NCBI GenBank assembly: GCA_963665615.2
Contig: CAXXQE010000006.1
Coordinates: 248,001-312,000 of the forward strand
Source: Syntrophales bacterium
GTDB lineage: Bacteria > Desulfobacterota > Syntrophia > Syntrophales > UBA4778
Direction of reading: 5' to 3'
Length of the DNA: 64,000 nucleotides
Made by a program: the position numbers and the translations under genes
The notes under the pieces: generated by a model
Told to the model about the DNA's origin: nothing
Databases searched by the model: none
What the model saw: the letters and a program-made list of their open reading frames with translations, nothing else
Part shown: positions 1 to 8,661 of the stretch, one piece after another
Layout of the letters: every line of letters begins with the position of its first letter
How positions within the stretch are numbered: the first letter of the stretch is position 1

Positions 1-20
1 GCGATGATTTGTTGCCTCCC

Positions 21-578
21 TCAGGTTGCTGCCTCAACCGGCGGTTGCTCCGGAAAGAGATCCCGCACCCCGATGGCACTGTGGGCATCGATCTCGTCGG
101 CTCGAAGCTCCAGAATCCGACACCGCTGCAAGAGCGCCTCGACGCCAAGGCGGTTATCTCTGACCTGGGCCTCGATGCGGTGGATGCACCGATCCGAATA
201 GACGGCGTACAGCGGGTGCCACCCGCGATCGGTTGCGGGAACAACGACATCGTATTTTTCCAGACGCCGCATCATATAGTTTATCAAGACGGGATCGACA
301 AGAGGCATGACGCAGCTGCCGATAAAGGCCGCCCCGTGTGTGATATGGAAAAGGCCGCTGTAAATCGCATCGACGAGCCCTCTATCCGGGTGAATCACGC
401 CGACGAGTTCCACATCGATCCCGGTGAGTGCGCCGACTCGCGACGTCACCAGCAGAATCTCTTCAAAAAGCGGCCTGAGGTCGGTTACGAGCCGGTCGAT
501 ATGCGCCAGATCGCGATCCGTCTGGGCACCAGGCCCCGCTACCGTCAGACCGAAGGCGTCCACAAGGACAGCGCTCAT
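21..578 (-). CDS. MobA-like NTP-transferase homolog, degenerate (lacks LAGG loop and catalytic Asp)
   Basis: FEEILLVT, G-x-x-x-AIYSGL, SCVMPLVDP and DVVVP...WHPLYAVYS follow the MobA pattern. Start uncertain (578, 602 or 617). Confidence 0.65.
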   Translation of the reverse strand: MSAVLVDAFGLTVAGPGAQTDRDLAHIDRLVTDLRPLFEEILLVTSRVGALTGIDVELVGVIHPDRGLVDAIYSGLFHITHGAAFIGSCVMPLVDPVLINYMMRRLEKYDVVVPATDRGWHPLYAVYSDRCIHRIEAQVRDNRLGVEALLQRCRILELRADEIDAHSAIGVRDLFPEQPPVEAAT

Positions 579-748
579 CTTTGTTGAGCCGGTTGTCTTC
601 ATGCGGCAGCAATACAATGAAAGGATGGACAGGTCAATGCAATTCTGGCGACTTGCGCCTCCATTCGGATGGATTTTATCGCTTTTTGTCTTGCTAAATT
701 ACGTCCCAGATTGTAAGAAAAGGCAAAAAAATTCCGGAGAAACGTCGC

Positions 749-2047
749 ATGTACTGGGAACAAGACATCGAAACCATGTCGCGCGATCAGCTGGCGGCCC
801 TGCAATTGGCGCGACTCAAGGAAACGGTTCGAACCGCCGTTTCATCGCCGCACTATGGCCCTCTTTTCAAGGAGATCGGCCTCGCCCCCGACGATATCGC
901 TTCACTCGACATCCTAGAAAAAATCCCCCTGACCACGAAAGACGATTTGAGAAATGACTGGCCCTACGGCTTCCTTGCCGTCGGAAAGGACGAACTGGTG
1001 CGGATGCATTCGTCCTCCGGCACGACGGGACGTGCGACCGTCATCTTTCACACCGCGCAGGATCTGGCAGCCTGGACCAACCTGCTGGCCCGCTGCATGT
1101 ACATGACCGGCGTGCGCAGATCCGATGTCTTTCAGAACATGATGACCTACGGCCTCTTTACCGGCGGTCTGGGCTTCCATTACGGGGCCGAGAAGATCGG
1201 GGCGCTCGTCATCCCCGCCGGGGCAGGCAACAGCAAACGCCAAATCCAGCTGATGCGCGACTTCGGCACCACCGTCGTCCACATCATCCCGAGTTACGCC
1301 ATGCACCTCTATACGGTCTTCGAGGAACTGAACCTCGTCCCCGCCAGAGATACGCAGGTCCGGATCGCCTTTCTGGGCGCCGAACCCCACTCGGAAAAGA
1401 TGAGAAAACGCATCGAAGAACTCTACGGCTTCAAGGCGTTCAACTCCTACGGTCTCTCGGAGATGAACGGTCCCGGCGTCGCCTTCGAGTGCCCGTATCA
1501 AAACGGCATGCATATCTGGGAGGACAACTTCATCGTCGAGGTGATCGACCCGGTCACCCTGAAACCCGTCCCGGACGGCACCGAGGGCGAGCTTGTCATG
1601 ACCACCCTGATGCGGCGCGGGATGCCGATCCTGCGTTACCGGACCAAGGATCTGACGCGGATCATCCCCGGTCCCTGCGCGTGCGGCCGAACCCATCGTC
1701 GGATCGAGCGGATCAAGGGTCGGACCGACGATATGCTCATCCTCAAGGGCGTCAACATTTACCCGATCCAGATCGAAAAGATCCTCATGGCTATGCCGGA
1801 GGTCGGTTCCAACTTCCTGATTGTCCTGGAAACCGAGGGTTTCAACGACAACATGACCGTTCAGGTGGAGGTCCAGAAGGCGTTTTTCGACGGAGAAGTC
1901 AGCCACATGGAAAAGCTGCGCCGCCGGATCGTCGAGGCCCTGAAGAGCGATCTGCTCATCACCCCGCGTGTCCAGATCCTCGCTCCAGGCACGCTGCCGG
2001 CCGGCGAAGGAAAGGCCGTAAGGGTGATTGACAAAAGAAAAGAGTAA
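749..2047 (+). CDS. paaK: Phenylacetate-CoA ligase family protein
   Basis: P-loop RMHSSSGTTG, YGLFTGGLGFHYGAE, YGLSE, RYRTKD, GRTDDMLILKGVN and C-terminal GKAVRVID. GGAG RBS upstream. Confidence 0.92.
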   Translation: MYWEQDIETMSRDQLAALQLARLKETVRTAVSSPHYGPLFKEIGLAPDDIASLDILEKIPLTTKDDLRNDWPYGFLAVGKDELVRMHSSSGTTGRATVIFHTAQDLAAWTNLLARCMYMTGVRRSDVFQNMMTYGLFTGGLGFHYGAEKIGALVIPAGAGNSKRQIQLMRDFGTTVVHIIPSYAMHLYTVFEELNLVPARDTQVRIAFLGAEPHSEKMRKRIEELYGFKAFNSYGLSEMNGPGVAFECPYQNGMHIWEDNFIVEVIDPVTLKPVPDGTEGELVMTTLMRRGMPILRYRTKDLTRIIPGPCACGRTHRRIERIKGRTDDMLILKGVNIYPIQIEKILMAMPEVGSNFLIVLETEGFNDNMTVQVEVQKAFFDGEVSHMEKLRRRIVEALKSDLLITPRVQILAPGTLPAGEGKAVRVIDKRKE

Positions 2048-2160
2048 ATAGTGAACAGTCAATTGAGAATGGCTGACAGCAACTGGACATAGGCGGATAA
2101 ATCCGAAGATCTTCGTGCAGTTTACTATTTACTGTTTACTATTTACTGTTTACTATTTAT
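2046..2160. repeat. Heptamer tandem-repeat tract (TTTACTA/TTTACTG x5) with a complementary TAAATAG/TGAACAG-type tract upstream
   Basis: Read directly: tttactatttactgtttactatttactgtttactattta at 2121-2159 and taaatagtgaacag at 2045-2058. Confidence 0.8.
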
Positions 2161-2181
2161 TTTCTTTATCGGGAGGAAAAC

Positions 2182-2613
2182 ATGACCATCCATCAAGTTT
2201 CCATCTTCGCCGAAAACAAACCGGGAAGCCTGGCCCGGGTCACGGCGACGCTGTCAAAGGCGTCCGTCAACATCAGGGCCACAACGATCGCCACCTCCGA
2301 CACCTTCGGGGTGATCAGCCTGATCGTCGATGATCCAGAGCGCGCCTGCAAGGCCCTGTCAGACGAGGGCATCATGGCCACGCAAAAAAAGGTTATCGCG
2401 GTACTGATCGACGACCGTCCGGGCGGACTCGACAACCTGATCCAACTGCTCTTCCGGGAGGGGATCAATATCGGCAACGCCTACGGTTTCGTCATGGAAA
2501 GTTCGAAGACCGCTGTTTTTGTCGTCGATACCGACGAGGCAGACCGAACGGAAGAAGTCGTTGCGAAGGGCGGCTTCAAGATGCTGAGCGCGTCGGATAT
2601 TTCGGCGCTTTAG
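2182..2613 (+). CDS. Tandem ACT-domain protein (amino-acid binding), common partner of PaaK-like ligases
   Basis: QVSIFAENKPGSLARV...VNIRA and VLIDDRPGGL...INI motifs. Strong GGGAGG RBS. Confidence 0.88.
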   Translation: MTIHQVSIFAENKPGSLARVTATLSKASVNIRATTIATSDTFGVISLIVDDPERACKALSDEGIMATQKKVIAVLIDDRPGGLDNLIQLLFREGINIGNAYGFVMESSKTAVFVVDTDEADRTEEVVAKGGFKMLSASDISAL

Positions 2614-2648
2614 CGGCTTACGCCGCAGTAACCAGCGACGAGTGACGG
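2613..2648 (+). repeat. Dispersed GCGGC-N4-GCCGC hairpin plus heptamer element, copy 1
   Basis: gcggcttacgccgcagtaaccagcgacgagtgacgg. Related copies at 32411-32475 (+) and 56109-56150 (-). Confidence 0.6.
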
Positions 2649-2649
2649 A

Positions 2650-2814
2650 TGATGACCTCGTAAAAAGTCAAAGTTACCTGTCGAGACCTTTGGGTCATGT
2701 CATTTCGAAGTGCGCAAGCGATGAGAAATCTCAATCAATTACAGTTTTAAGAGATTTCTCCCTTCGATCGAAATGACAAAAGTATGCAGGACTCGATTTT
2801 TTACGGAACCATCA
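2650..2814. repeat. Nested palindromic REP/MITE-like element
   Basis: Outer imperfect IR 2650-2669 / 2795-2814 (15/20). Inner perfect IRs TGTCATTTCGA (2698-2708) / TCGAAATGACA (2768-2778) and GAGAAATCTC (2723-2732) / GAGATTTCTC (2751-2760). Confidence 0.75.
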
Positions 2815-2910
2815 CGGATAAAATAATATCAGAGACAGGGCCGTTTGCAGGATCGCGGCCTTTTGACCTGCGACTAACTTGCGATAGCGTTAGGCCGCAG
2901 CTTTCCGAAA

Positions 2911-3348
2911 ATGAGCAGAAAAGACAAAGACAAGTACGCAGAGAAGTACCCGGCAGGTCGAAAGACCGTCTCCGCCGCCGTCGAGGCGGTCAAGGCCAAA
3001 ACGGCCTACGGCACGATTCCCTGCGCCATAGCCTTTCAAATTGCGGCCGATCTGCAACTGCCCCCCGAAGAGATCGGATTCACGCTCGACAAGTTGAACG
3101 TCCGCATCACCAAATGCCAGTTGGGACTCTTCGGCAACACGCCGATCAGCAAAATCGTCCAGCCGGCCTCTGCGTTTGATCCCGCAATCGAAGGGGCCAT
3201 CCGCGCCGTTCTCACCGATGGCGTATCTCTGGACTGCGCCAAGGCCTGGGAAATCGCCGCAATGTTCAAAGTTCCCCGCATGTTCCTGTCCGGCGTCTGC
3301 GAGGCTCTGGGAATCAAAATTACCAAGTGCCAGCTCAACGCCTTCTAG
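2911..3348 (+). CDS. Conserved hypothetical protein with an internally duplicated C-x-x-A-(F/W)-x-IA ... I-T-K-C-Q-L domain
   Basis: PCAIAFQIA...VRITKCQLGLF and DCAKAWEIA...IKITKCQLNAF. Confidence 0.75.
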   Translation: MSRKDKDKYAEKYPAGRKTVSAAVEAVKAKTAYGTIPCAIAFQIAADLQLPPEEIGFTLDKLNVRITKCQLGLFGNTPISKIVQPASAFDPAIEGAIRAVLTDGVSLDCAKAWEIAAMFKVPRMFLSGVCEALGIKITKCQLNAF

Positions 3349-3530
3349 GCAGATCCTTATCGGACATAACTGAATCCGCATCAAGAAAAGCCTTTGACAA
3401 ACGCGAACGTTAATGGTTAGTTAGGCTCGCACTGACGTGCAGCGGCGACGCCAGCGACAGACATCGGCCGCCGTCACGCGGCCTTAAGCGATAAGACCTG
3501 GGGCCAATCAACTGATCACGGTATCGGCAC

Positions 3531-4262
3531 ATGTTCACGCCGCAGGAAAAACGAAAACTTGCCGCCCTGCTCGCAAAGTGCGATCTCACAGACAAGACCG
3601 CCATCTGCGACGGCCTGCACGGCTTTCTCTTCGGTCTGGCCATCATTCCCGAACCCATTATGCCGAGCGAATGGTTGCCGGTCATTTTCGGAGAGGGCAT
3701 GCTCGAAACCAAATGCGAGCTCGATGCCCAGAACATGATCTCCGCCCTCTTCAAAATCTATAACCGGATCATCAAAGAGAACGAACACGGCAAACTCACC
3801 TTTCCTTTCGATATCGAAAATCTAAGCGCCGACGATCTGGAGCGGATCGGCTCCTGGGCCAACGGATTGATCCGGGCCCTGTCCGTGCACATGGGCGTGT
3901 GGACCCTGGACGATGCAAACGCCAGCGAGGCGGAGTGTGAAGAGCACCGCTCCAACATCATCAGCGCCTTCCGGATCATCGCTGCCGTCGCCTGTCCCGG
4001 GAAAATTTCCGATATTTTCGATCGGCAGGGAGACCCGACAGACCCGAACGAAATCGAGTTTGTCGCCAAGCTCTACTTTACGCTCCCCTTGGCCGTTCAG
4101 ACGCTTCAAGCCCACAGCAACCTGCTGCGGCAGAAGCGCACCAGCGCGCACGCCTGGACCCTGACAAACGCCAACAACTCCCCTTACGAAAATCTCCACC
4201 GTAAAGACCCCTGCCCCTGCGGCAGCGGCCGCAAATACGGTAAATGCTGCGGGAGCAACTGA
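3531..4262 (+). CDS. YecA/UPF0149-family protein with C-terminal SEC-C motif
   Basis: LHGFLFGLAIIPEPIMPSEWLPVIFG, WANG and C-terminal RKDPCPCGSGRKYGKCCG. Confidence 0.85.
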   Translation: MFTPQEKRKLAALLAKCDLTDKTAICDGLHGFLFGLAIIPEPIMPSEWLPVIFGEGMLETKCELDAQNMISALFKIYNRIIKENEHGKLTFPFDIENLSADDLERIGSWANGLIRALSVHMGVWTLDDANASEAECEEHRSNIISAFRIIAAVACPGKISDIFDRQGDPTDPNEIEFVAKLYFTLPLAVQTLQAHSNLLRQKRTSAHAWTLTNANNSPYENLHRKDPCPCGSGRKYGKCCGSN

Positions 4263-4322
4263 GCCTGCCGCCGAAGCAACCTAAAATCTTTGTGAAATTT
4301 GCACAGCGTTTTGATTCCCTTC

Positions 4323-4352
4323 TTGACACGTCCTCCCCGATGCCGTAATAAT
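4323..4352 (+). promoter_or_regulatory. Putative sigma70 promoter of the WYL-exonuclease-cas operon
   Basis: TTGACA at 4323-4328, 17-18 nt spacer, TAATAAT at 4346-4352. Confidence 0.5.
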
Positions 4353-4427
4353 GCCCACAATTATTCTGATGCGGTTCGTTGTTATCTCCGATTCGGTTTT
4401 CGACCATTGTTCCGACAGGAATCGCGC

Positions 4428-5399
4428 ATGGCTTCTCACATCGTATACGAACGTTTTATCTGGTTTGATGGCCGGATCAGAGCCGGGAAACACCCCAACG
4501 CCAATCAGCTCGCCGAACATTTCGAAATTTCCCCAAAAACAGCCCAGCGCACCATCGAGTTCATGCGCTACCGCCTGCGAGCGCCCCTGCGGTACCTGCC
4601 GCAAGAGCGGGGCTACATCTACGAAAACGACACCTGGGAACTGCCCGGCTTGTGGCTGAACGAAGAAGAACTGACATCTCTTCTCGTCTCCTACCGACTC
4701 GCCTCGGCCATCCCCGACAGCACCCTTAAGACCTCTTTCAAAAGCTTTCTGGACCAGATCATAACAAGATTCTCCCCTGCCGCGATGCCCGTATCCGTCG
4801 CCGATCTGAACAAAAAGGTTTCCGTCAAAAACATCGAATACTCCCGGACGAACGAAAAGACCTTCCACACCGTCCTAGACGCATTGGTGCACGGCCGATC
4901 CGTCACCATCGAATACTATTCGCCCCACAATCATGAAGCCACCACGCGCGACATCCTGCCTCTGCACCTGCTGCAATACATGGGCACCTGGCATATCATC
5001 GCCCACTGCAATCTCAAAGACGGGCTGCGCGACTTCGTCCTTTCAAGAATCAAAACCATCACCCCCTCGCAGAAAACCATCGCCGCCCCGACCACTGCCG
5101 GAACCATCAAAGACTATCTCCGGAAACACTTCGGCATTATGACCAGCCCGCACACCATCGAAGTCTGTCTGCGGTTCTCCCCTGAAATTGCCCCGTGGAT
5201 CGCCGAACAGGTCTGGCACCCGGCGCAGCAGATCAGACACGAAAAAGCCAACACCCTCTGCCTCACCTTCCCCGTGGCCGACCTGCGCGAGATCAAGCGC
5301 GAAATCCTCAAATACGGCGCTCAGGTCGAAGTCGTCTCGCCCAAGGCGCTGAGGGAAGAGGTCAAAAAAGAGATCGAAAAAATGAAAAAGAAATACTGA
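4428..5399 (+). CDS. HTH-WYL-WCX transcriptional regulator
   Basis: N-terminal HTH (NANQLAEHFEISPKTAQRTIEFMR), WYL domain (IEYYS...RDILPLHL...GTWHIIAHC...RDFVLSRI) and WCX tail (ILKYGAQVEVVSPKALREEV). ATG 4428 follows AGGA. Confidence 0.9.
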   Translation: MASHIVYERFIWFDGRIRAGKHPNANQLAEHFEISPKTAQRTIEFMRYRLRAPLRYLPQERGYIYENDTWELPGLWLNEEELTSLLVSYRLASAIPDSTLKTSFKSFLDQIITRFSPAAMPVSVADLNKKVSVKNIEYSRTNEKTFHTVLDALVHGRSVTIEYYSPHNHEATTRDILPLHLLQYMGTWHIIAHCNLKDGLRDFVLSRIKTITPSQKTIAAPTTAGTIKDYLRKHFGIMTSPHTIEVCLRFSPEIAPWIAEQVWHPAQQIRHEKANTLCLTFPVADLREIKREILKYGAQVEVVSPKALREEVKKEIEKMKKKY

Positions 5400-5410
5400 T
5401 ATGTCACGGG

Positions 5411-5959
5411 ATGGGGGTGGAGGCGCTGTATAAGAACTACAAAGATCCATTTCGCAGAAAACACGTATTCTTTGACATTGAAACAACCGGCCTGTTTCCA
5501 AGGAGGGGCGACCGGATCATCGAAATCGGGGCGGTTGCCTTTCTGGATGGCACATTGGAGCAAGAGTTTTCCAGCATGATGAACGCACAAAAGCGAATCA
5601 CAAAAGCGGCGCAGCAGGTTCATGGTATCTCAAATGAAGAACTTCAGAATGCACCGGAGCCGGAAACAGTCTGCCGCAATTTTAATGACTTCATCACGGG
5701 AAGCACCCTCATTGCGCATAACGCCGCTTTCGACATGAGCTTCCTGCGATACGAATTCCAGCGACACAGGCTTTGCCTGAACAACAAAACCCTCTGCACC
5801 CTTCAGATGAGCAAACGACAATTTCCGACCCTGCCAAACCACAAGTTGGAGACCGTGTATCAGCATATTGTTGGAGATAAACAGATCAAACAAAAACACC
5901 GTGCCCTTGACGACGCCCGGATGGTGGCCGCGATTTGGATGGCGATGGAGGGGAAGTGA
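5411..5959 (+). CDS. Stand-alone DEDDh 3'-5' exonuclease (DnaQ/epsilon-like)
   Basis: ExoI FFDIETTG, ExoII AHNAAFD, ExoIII HRALDDA. Stop overlaps the cas3 start (GTGA). Confidence 0.9.
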   Translation: MGVEALYKNYKDPFRRKHVFFDIETTGLFPRRGDRIIEIGAVAFLDGTLEQEFSSMMNAQKRITKAAQQVHGISNEELQNAPEPETVCRNFNDFITGSTLIAHNAAFDMSFLRYEFQRHRLCLNNKTLCTLQMSKRQFPTLPNHKLETVYQHIVGDKQIKQKHRALDDARMVAAIWMAMEGK

Positions 5960-8658
5960 TTAACGAGCATAATCTGAGACCGATATCACCATACCTCTGG
6001 GCAAAAACGGCTGATGACGCCACATTGAAATGGCACCCCTTGATCCTTCACATGTTGGATGTGGCCGCAGTCGCTGGCTTTGTTTGGGAGTATAATCTGG
6101 CTGATGGACTTCGGAAGCGGCTGGAAAGTAGTTTTCCAGCAAATGATGTCAAGTCACTGATCATATTCTTGGCCGGTGCACACGACATCGGCAAGGCCAG
6201 TCCTGGATTTCAAAAGAAGGTTTGGCGATTGGCCGAATGCTCAGGATTTCCTTACTCCGAAAATGATTGTAACCGTCCGCATGGACAGGTAACTGCCGTT
6301 GCCCTAAGAGAATTTTTGCCCCCTACTTTCAACCTTTTAGGCCAGATTTCCGGCGGGCACCACGGTGTATTCCCTCGCTCATCACAACTCCAACTCGGTA
6401 GAGATTCACTTGGTAACAAGCAATGGCAAGAAGCTCGAGTTGAAACATTGATCAAATTCGCGGAGACAGTTGGTTTTGATTTCAGGCAACAGCCTACACC
6501 TGAGATAAGTGATCCGCTGGTTGTTCCCGTCTTAACCGGTTTTATTTCTGTTGTGGACTGGATCGGCTCGAATCAGGACTTTTTCCGGTGCTTTGCGGTG
6601 TGCGGCAAGACTGTTGAGATTAATCCGGCCAATTATTGGAAAGAAGCGCAAGATAAAGCGCAGAGGGCGCTGAGCAAACTTGGGTGGTTTCCCGGCGTAA
6701 CTTTCGATAGAGAAACTTCCTTCCATCAGGTCTTCAAGGCTCTTACCGCCAACTCCTTGCAATCCACCACGATCGACCTCTCTTCAGGGCAAAATAATCC
6801 CTACCTTATGATTGTCGAAGCCCCCATGGGTGAGGGTAAGACGGAGGCGGCTCTATACGCGGCGGATCTTGCGATGTGCAGGGGTTTTGCCCGCGGCATG
6901 TATATCGCCATGCCCACCCAGGCAACAGGCAATGCGATGTTCAAACGGGTACTGGAGGGCTACCTGCGCAAGCGCGGCCATAAAGGGAAGCTGAACCTCC
7001 AACTCGTGCATGGCGATGCGCTTCTGGCGCAAATGTCGGAGGTGCGAGAGGGACAAGTCCCGGTTTTCAAACCTGAGAACATTGGCATTGGCGAGGATGG
7101 AGCTGACGTGGAAGCCCAATCGTGGTTCACCGCAAAAAAGCGACCGCTTCTTGCGCCGTTCGGCGTCGGAACGATCGACCAAAGTCTGCTGAGTGTCTTG
7201 CAAACCAAACACTGGTTCGTGCGGTTGTTCGGTTTGGCGGGGAAGGTGGTCATTTTCGATGAGGTCCACGCTTATGACGCTTATATGAGCACAATCCTCG
7301 AAAGGTTGCTGCACTGGCTCGCGGAACTGGATTGCACGGTGATTCTTCTCTCGGCAACCCTGCCTGACGCCAAGCGCAAAGCGCTTGCCAAGGCTTATTC
7401 AGGCAGGGAGGATGTCGAATATAGGCGATATCCGAGAATTACGCTTGCCAGGCCGCGTCATTATCCCCAAACTCAGGCAGGCAAGCCTCCCGTCTGTACT
7501 GAGATCCCCATGGAGAAATCGCGCGCCATTGATCTGCAATTCTGCAACACCGATTTGGCGGAAATGACTTCAACCTTGGCGGAACGACTGAAGCAAGGCG
7601 GCTGCGCCACCGTTATCTGCGACACGGTCAATCGCGCTATCGAGGTTTACAAGCATCTTCGTGGCTCTCTCAAAGACACCGAATGCCTGCTACTTCATGC
7701 CCGGACGCTCCAAATGTGGCGACGTGCGCGCGAAGAAGAAGTCCTCCGCAAGTTCGGCAAACGCGACCCCCAGAAGAAAGACGCGGAAGGACGCTTTATT
7801 AATCCCGATCGTCCACATCGCGGTGTGCTGGTTGCGACACAGATCATAGAACAAAGTCTTGATCTCGATTTCGATCTCATGGTTTCCGAGATAGCTCCTG
7901 TTGACCTGCTTCTCCAACGGTCGGGACGCTTGCACCGTCATCCGCGCAAACGTCCGCCAGGCTTGCAAACACCCCGGTTGATCGTTCTCTGTGACGCTGG
8001 CCGGGAAGGCCCGCCACCGGATTCTTTTGGAAAGAGCATTGAGTATGTCTACGATCGTTATATTCTTCTGCGGACCTGGCTGGCTCTGCGCGGGCGAAAC
8101 GAAATCAATGCACCTGACGACATCGAGTCGCTAGTGGAAGCCGTTTATGGAGAGTCATCCGAGGAAGCTGATGAGTCCTGGCGGATTGCCTTGGACCAGG
8201 CATTTGAAACAATGGAGGGAGAATATTTGGCGTCCAAAACCATTGCGCGGCAACTCCTTGTTGCAGGACCGCAGGAACCCGCTGATCTTGTCGAAGAATT
8301 CAATAGCCAATTTATTGATGACGAGGATCCCCAGGTCCATAAGGCGGTGAGGGCGGCAACGCGCGAGGGCGATCCTTCCATTACTGTCGTTATGTTGCCG
8401 TCGGATACAGTTCTGACCCCTGACCCAACGGTTTCTGAGATTCGCCGCTTGCTGGATAATTCTGTCAAACTGAGCCACAAAGCGCTGTTTCAAGCGTTTC
8501 GTGAGAATGGCGAAGCGCCTGAGCAGTGGAAGAAGAATGCCCATCTGCGCCACGCACGCATTCTGCGGTTGGATGAGCGGAACTCGGGGCGTGTTGGCAA
8601 CTATAAATTGACTTTGGATAAACAATTGGGTCTCGTGATCGAAACTGAGGAGGGCTAA
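5956..8658 (+). CDS. cas3: CRISPR-associated HD nuclease/helicase Cas3
   Basis: LWAK, HMLDVA, HDIGKA, APMGEGKTEAA, DEVHAY, LSATLP, ATQIIEQSLDLDFD, QRSGRLHRH. GTG start after GGAGG. Confidence 0.96.
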   Translation: MINEHNLRPISPYLWAKTADDATLKWHPLILHMLDVAAVAGFVWEYNLADGLRKRLESSFPANDVKSLIIFLAGAHDIGKASPGFQKKVWRLAECSGFPYSENDCNRPHGQVTAVALREFLPPTFNLLGQISGGHHGVFPRSSQLQLGRDSLGNKQWQEARVETLIKFAETVGFDFRQQPTPEISDPLVVPVLTGFISVVDWIGSNQDFFRCFAVCGKTVEINPANYWKEAQDKAQRALSKLGWFPGVTFDRETSFHQVFKALTANSLQSTTIDLSSGQNNPYLMIVEAPMGEGKTEAALYAADLAMCRGFARGMYIAMPTQATGNAMFKRVLEGYLRKRGHKGKLNLQLVHGDALLAQMSEVREGQVPVFKPENIGIGEDGADVEAQSWFTAKKRPLLAPFGVGTIDQSLLSVLQTKHWFVRLFGLAGKVVIFDEVHAYDAYMSTILERLLHWLAELDCTVILLSATLPDAKRKALAKAYSGREDVEYRRYPRITLARPRHYPQTQAGKPPVCTEIPMEKSRAIDLQFCNTDLAEMTSTLAERLKQGGCATVICDTVNRAIEVYKHLRGSLKDTECLLLHARTLQMWRRAREEEVLRKFGKRDPQKKDAEGRFINPDRPHRGVLVATQIIEQSLDLDFDLMVSEIAPVDLLLQRSGRLHRHPRKRPPGLQTPRLIVLCDAGREGPPPDSFGKSIEYVYDRYILLRTWLALRGRNEINAPDDIESLVEAVYGESSEEADESWRIALDQAFETMEGEYLASKTIARQLLVAGPQEPADLVEEFNSQFIDDEDPQVHKAVRAATREGDPSITVVMLPSDTVLTPDPTVSEIRRLLDNSVKLSHKALFQAFRENGEAPEQWKKNAHLRHARILRLDERNSGRVGNYKLTLDKQLGLVIETEEG

Positions 8659-8661
8659 AAC

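Noticed and set aside
914..2062. Long antisense ORFs here and at 26910-28418, 31003-32208, 52744-53898, 57656-58834 and elsewhere
   Set aside because: They mirror well-supported genes on the other strand and lack recognisable motifs, as expected from GC-rich codon bias.
4289..4306. Rex-box-like TTGTGAAATTTGCACAG upstream of the WYL-cas operon
   Set aside because: Half-site spacing is one base short and the right arm is poor. It could be a WYL operator but is not supportable as a Rex site.
5195..5410. 72-aa N-terminal extension of the exonuclease ORF (also extensions at 4299-4427, 15374-15445 and 37318-37467)
   Set aside because: They overlap neighbouring genes or promoters and precede the family-typical starts. 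They are longest-ORF artefacts.
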